From the IMG/VR virus record IMGVR_UViG_3300025543_000030, positions 1 to 55,994 of that record: a DNA stretch of 55,994 bases; one strand, written 5' to 3'. This DNA is from a virus (lineage: Duplodnaviria; Caudoviricetes). The notes under the pieces were generated by a model, which was given only the letters and a program-made list of their open reading frames with translations, made no database searches and was not told the DNA's origin. Positions 55,625 through 55,994 of the stretch are shown in pieces (position 1 is the first letter of the stretch; the number at the start of each line of letters is the position of its first letter). The translations under genes and the position numbers were made by a program.

Positions 55625-55954
55625 ATGAACTTAATTTTATCTTTCTTGTTATTTTTCAATATGTCAAACGATATTGAAACAGAACTGTTAAACGCTATTA
55701 ATGAAGGGAATTACAACAAAGTAAATTCAATGTTGATAGTAAACCAAATCCACGCCACAGAAAAAATTGATGGTAAACCACTATTAGTCCATGCTATTAT
55801 AGCGGATAAAGCTAATATTGTTTACTTATTATGTTTAAGAGGAGCACAGCCTTATGTAGATATGTGTGATGAAGGCTATAATGCTATGGATTGGGCAAAG
55901 AAAAGTGGTAGTTATTACGCACGAGCCGAGTTAATAATGATAACCACACAGTAA
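55625..55954 (+). CDS. ankyrin-repeat protein with N-terminal hydrophobic segment
   Basis: LLNAINEGNYNKV, GKPLLVHAIIADKANIVYLLCLRGA and EGYNAMDWAKKSG ankyrin-like repeats. Confidence 0.75.
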   Translation: MNLILSFLLFFNMSNDIETELLNAINEGNYNKVNSMLIVNQIHATEKIDGKPLLVHAIIADKANIVYLLCLRGAQPYVDMCDEGYNAMDWAKKSGSYYARAELIMITTQ

Positions 55955-55994
55955 GGAATAACAAAATGGGCACCATACCCAAACATTCCTGTAA

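Noticed and set aside
129-55954. Stop-codon reassignment as in some crAss-like phages
   Set aside because: Long genes are intact in code 11, TAG/TGA terminate well-defined genes, and the tRNA-Gln anticodon is UUG, not a suppressor.

Overview
AT-rich fragment of a lytic tailed-phage genome. The gene set and order (TerL, portal, scaffold-like protein, major capsid, ring proteins, tail stabilisation proteins, large internal proteins) resemble crAss-like/Flavobacteriia podoviruses. The A/T-rich, SD-less leaders fit a Bacteroidota host (inference). There are two divergent blocks. (1) 1-5.9 kb, minus strand: ~22 small early-type genes and an ATP-dependent DNA ligase, punctuated by seven copies of a bipartite motif (ACAAASTAAATACGA-N8-GGATAATA). 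This block also holds a tRNA-Gln(UUG) and four unexplained structured RNAs: a 74-nt tmRNA-TLD-like RNA with G3-U70 and no tag ORF, an acceptor+T-arm minihelix, a rod with an AGUA/GAA bulged-G motif, and a two-hairpin RNA ending in GCCA. (2) 6.2-56 kb, plus strand: four long tail-fibre genes, GroEL/GroES, an M15 endolysin, a holin, the head/tail module, putative ejected proteins and an ankyrin protein. Best leads: the tRNA/tmRNA-mimic RNA array behind a TraR/DksA-like zinc-finger gene; a GC-rich DNA-level repeat (GGCAACGTCGGGATCGGGACG) at tail-fibre module junctions; and a G GGA AAG -1 frameshift site with a predicted pseudoknot in a putative ejection-protein gene. All calls come from reading motifs by eye; no searches or folding programs were run.
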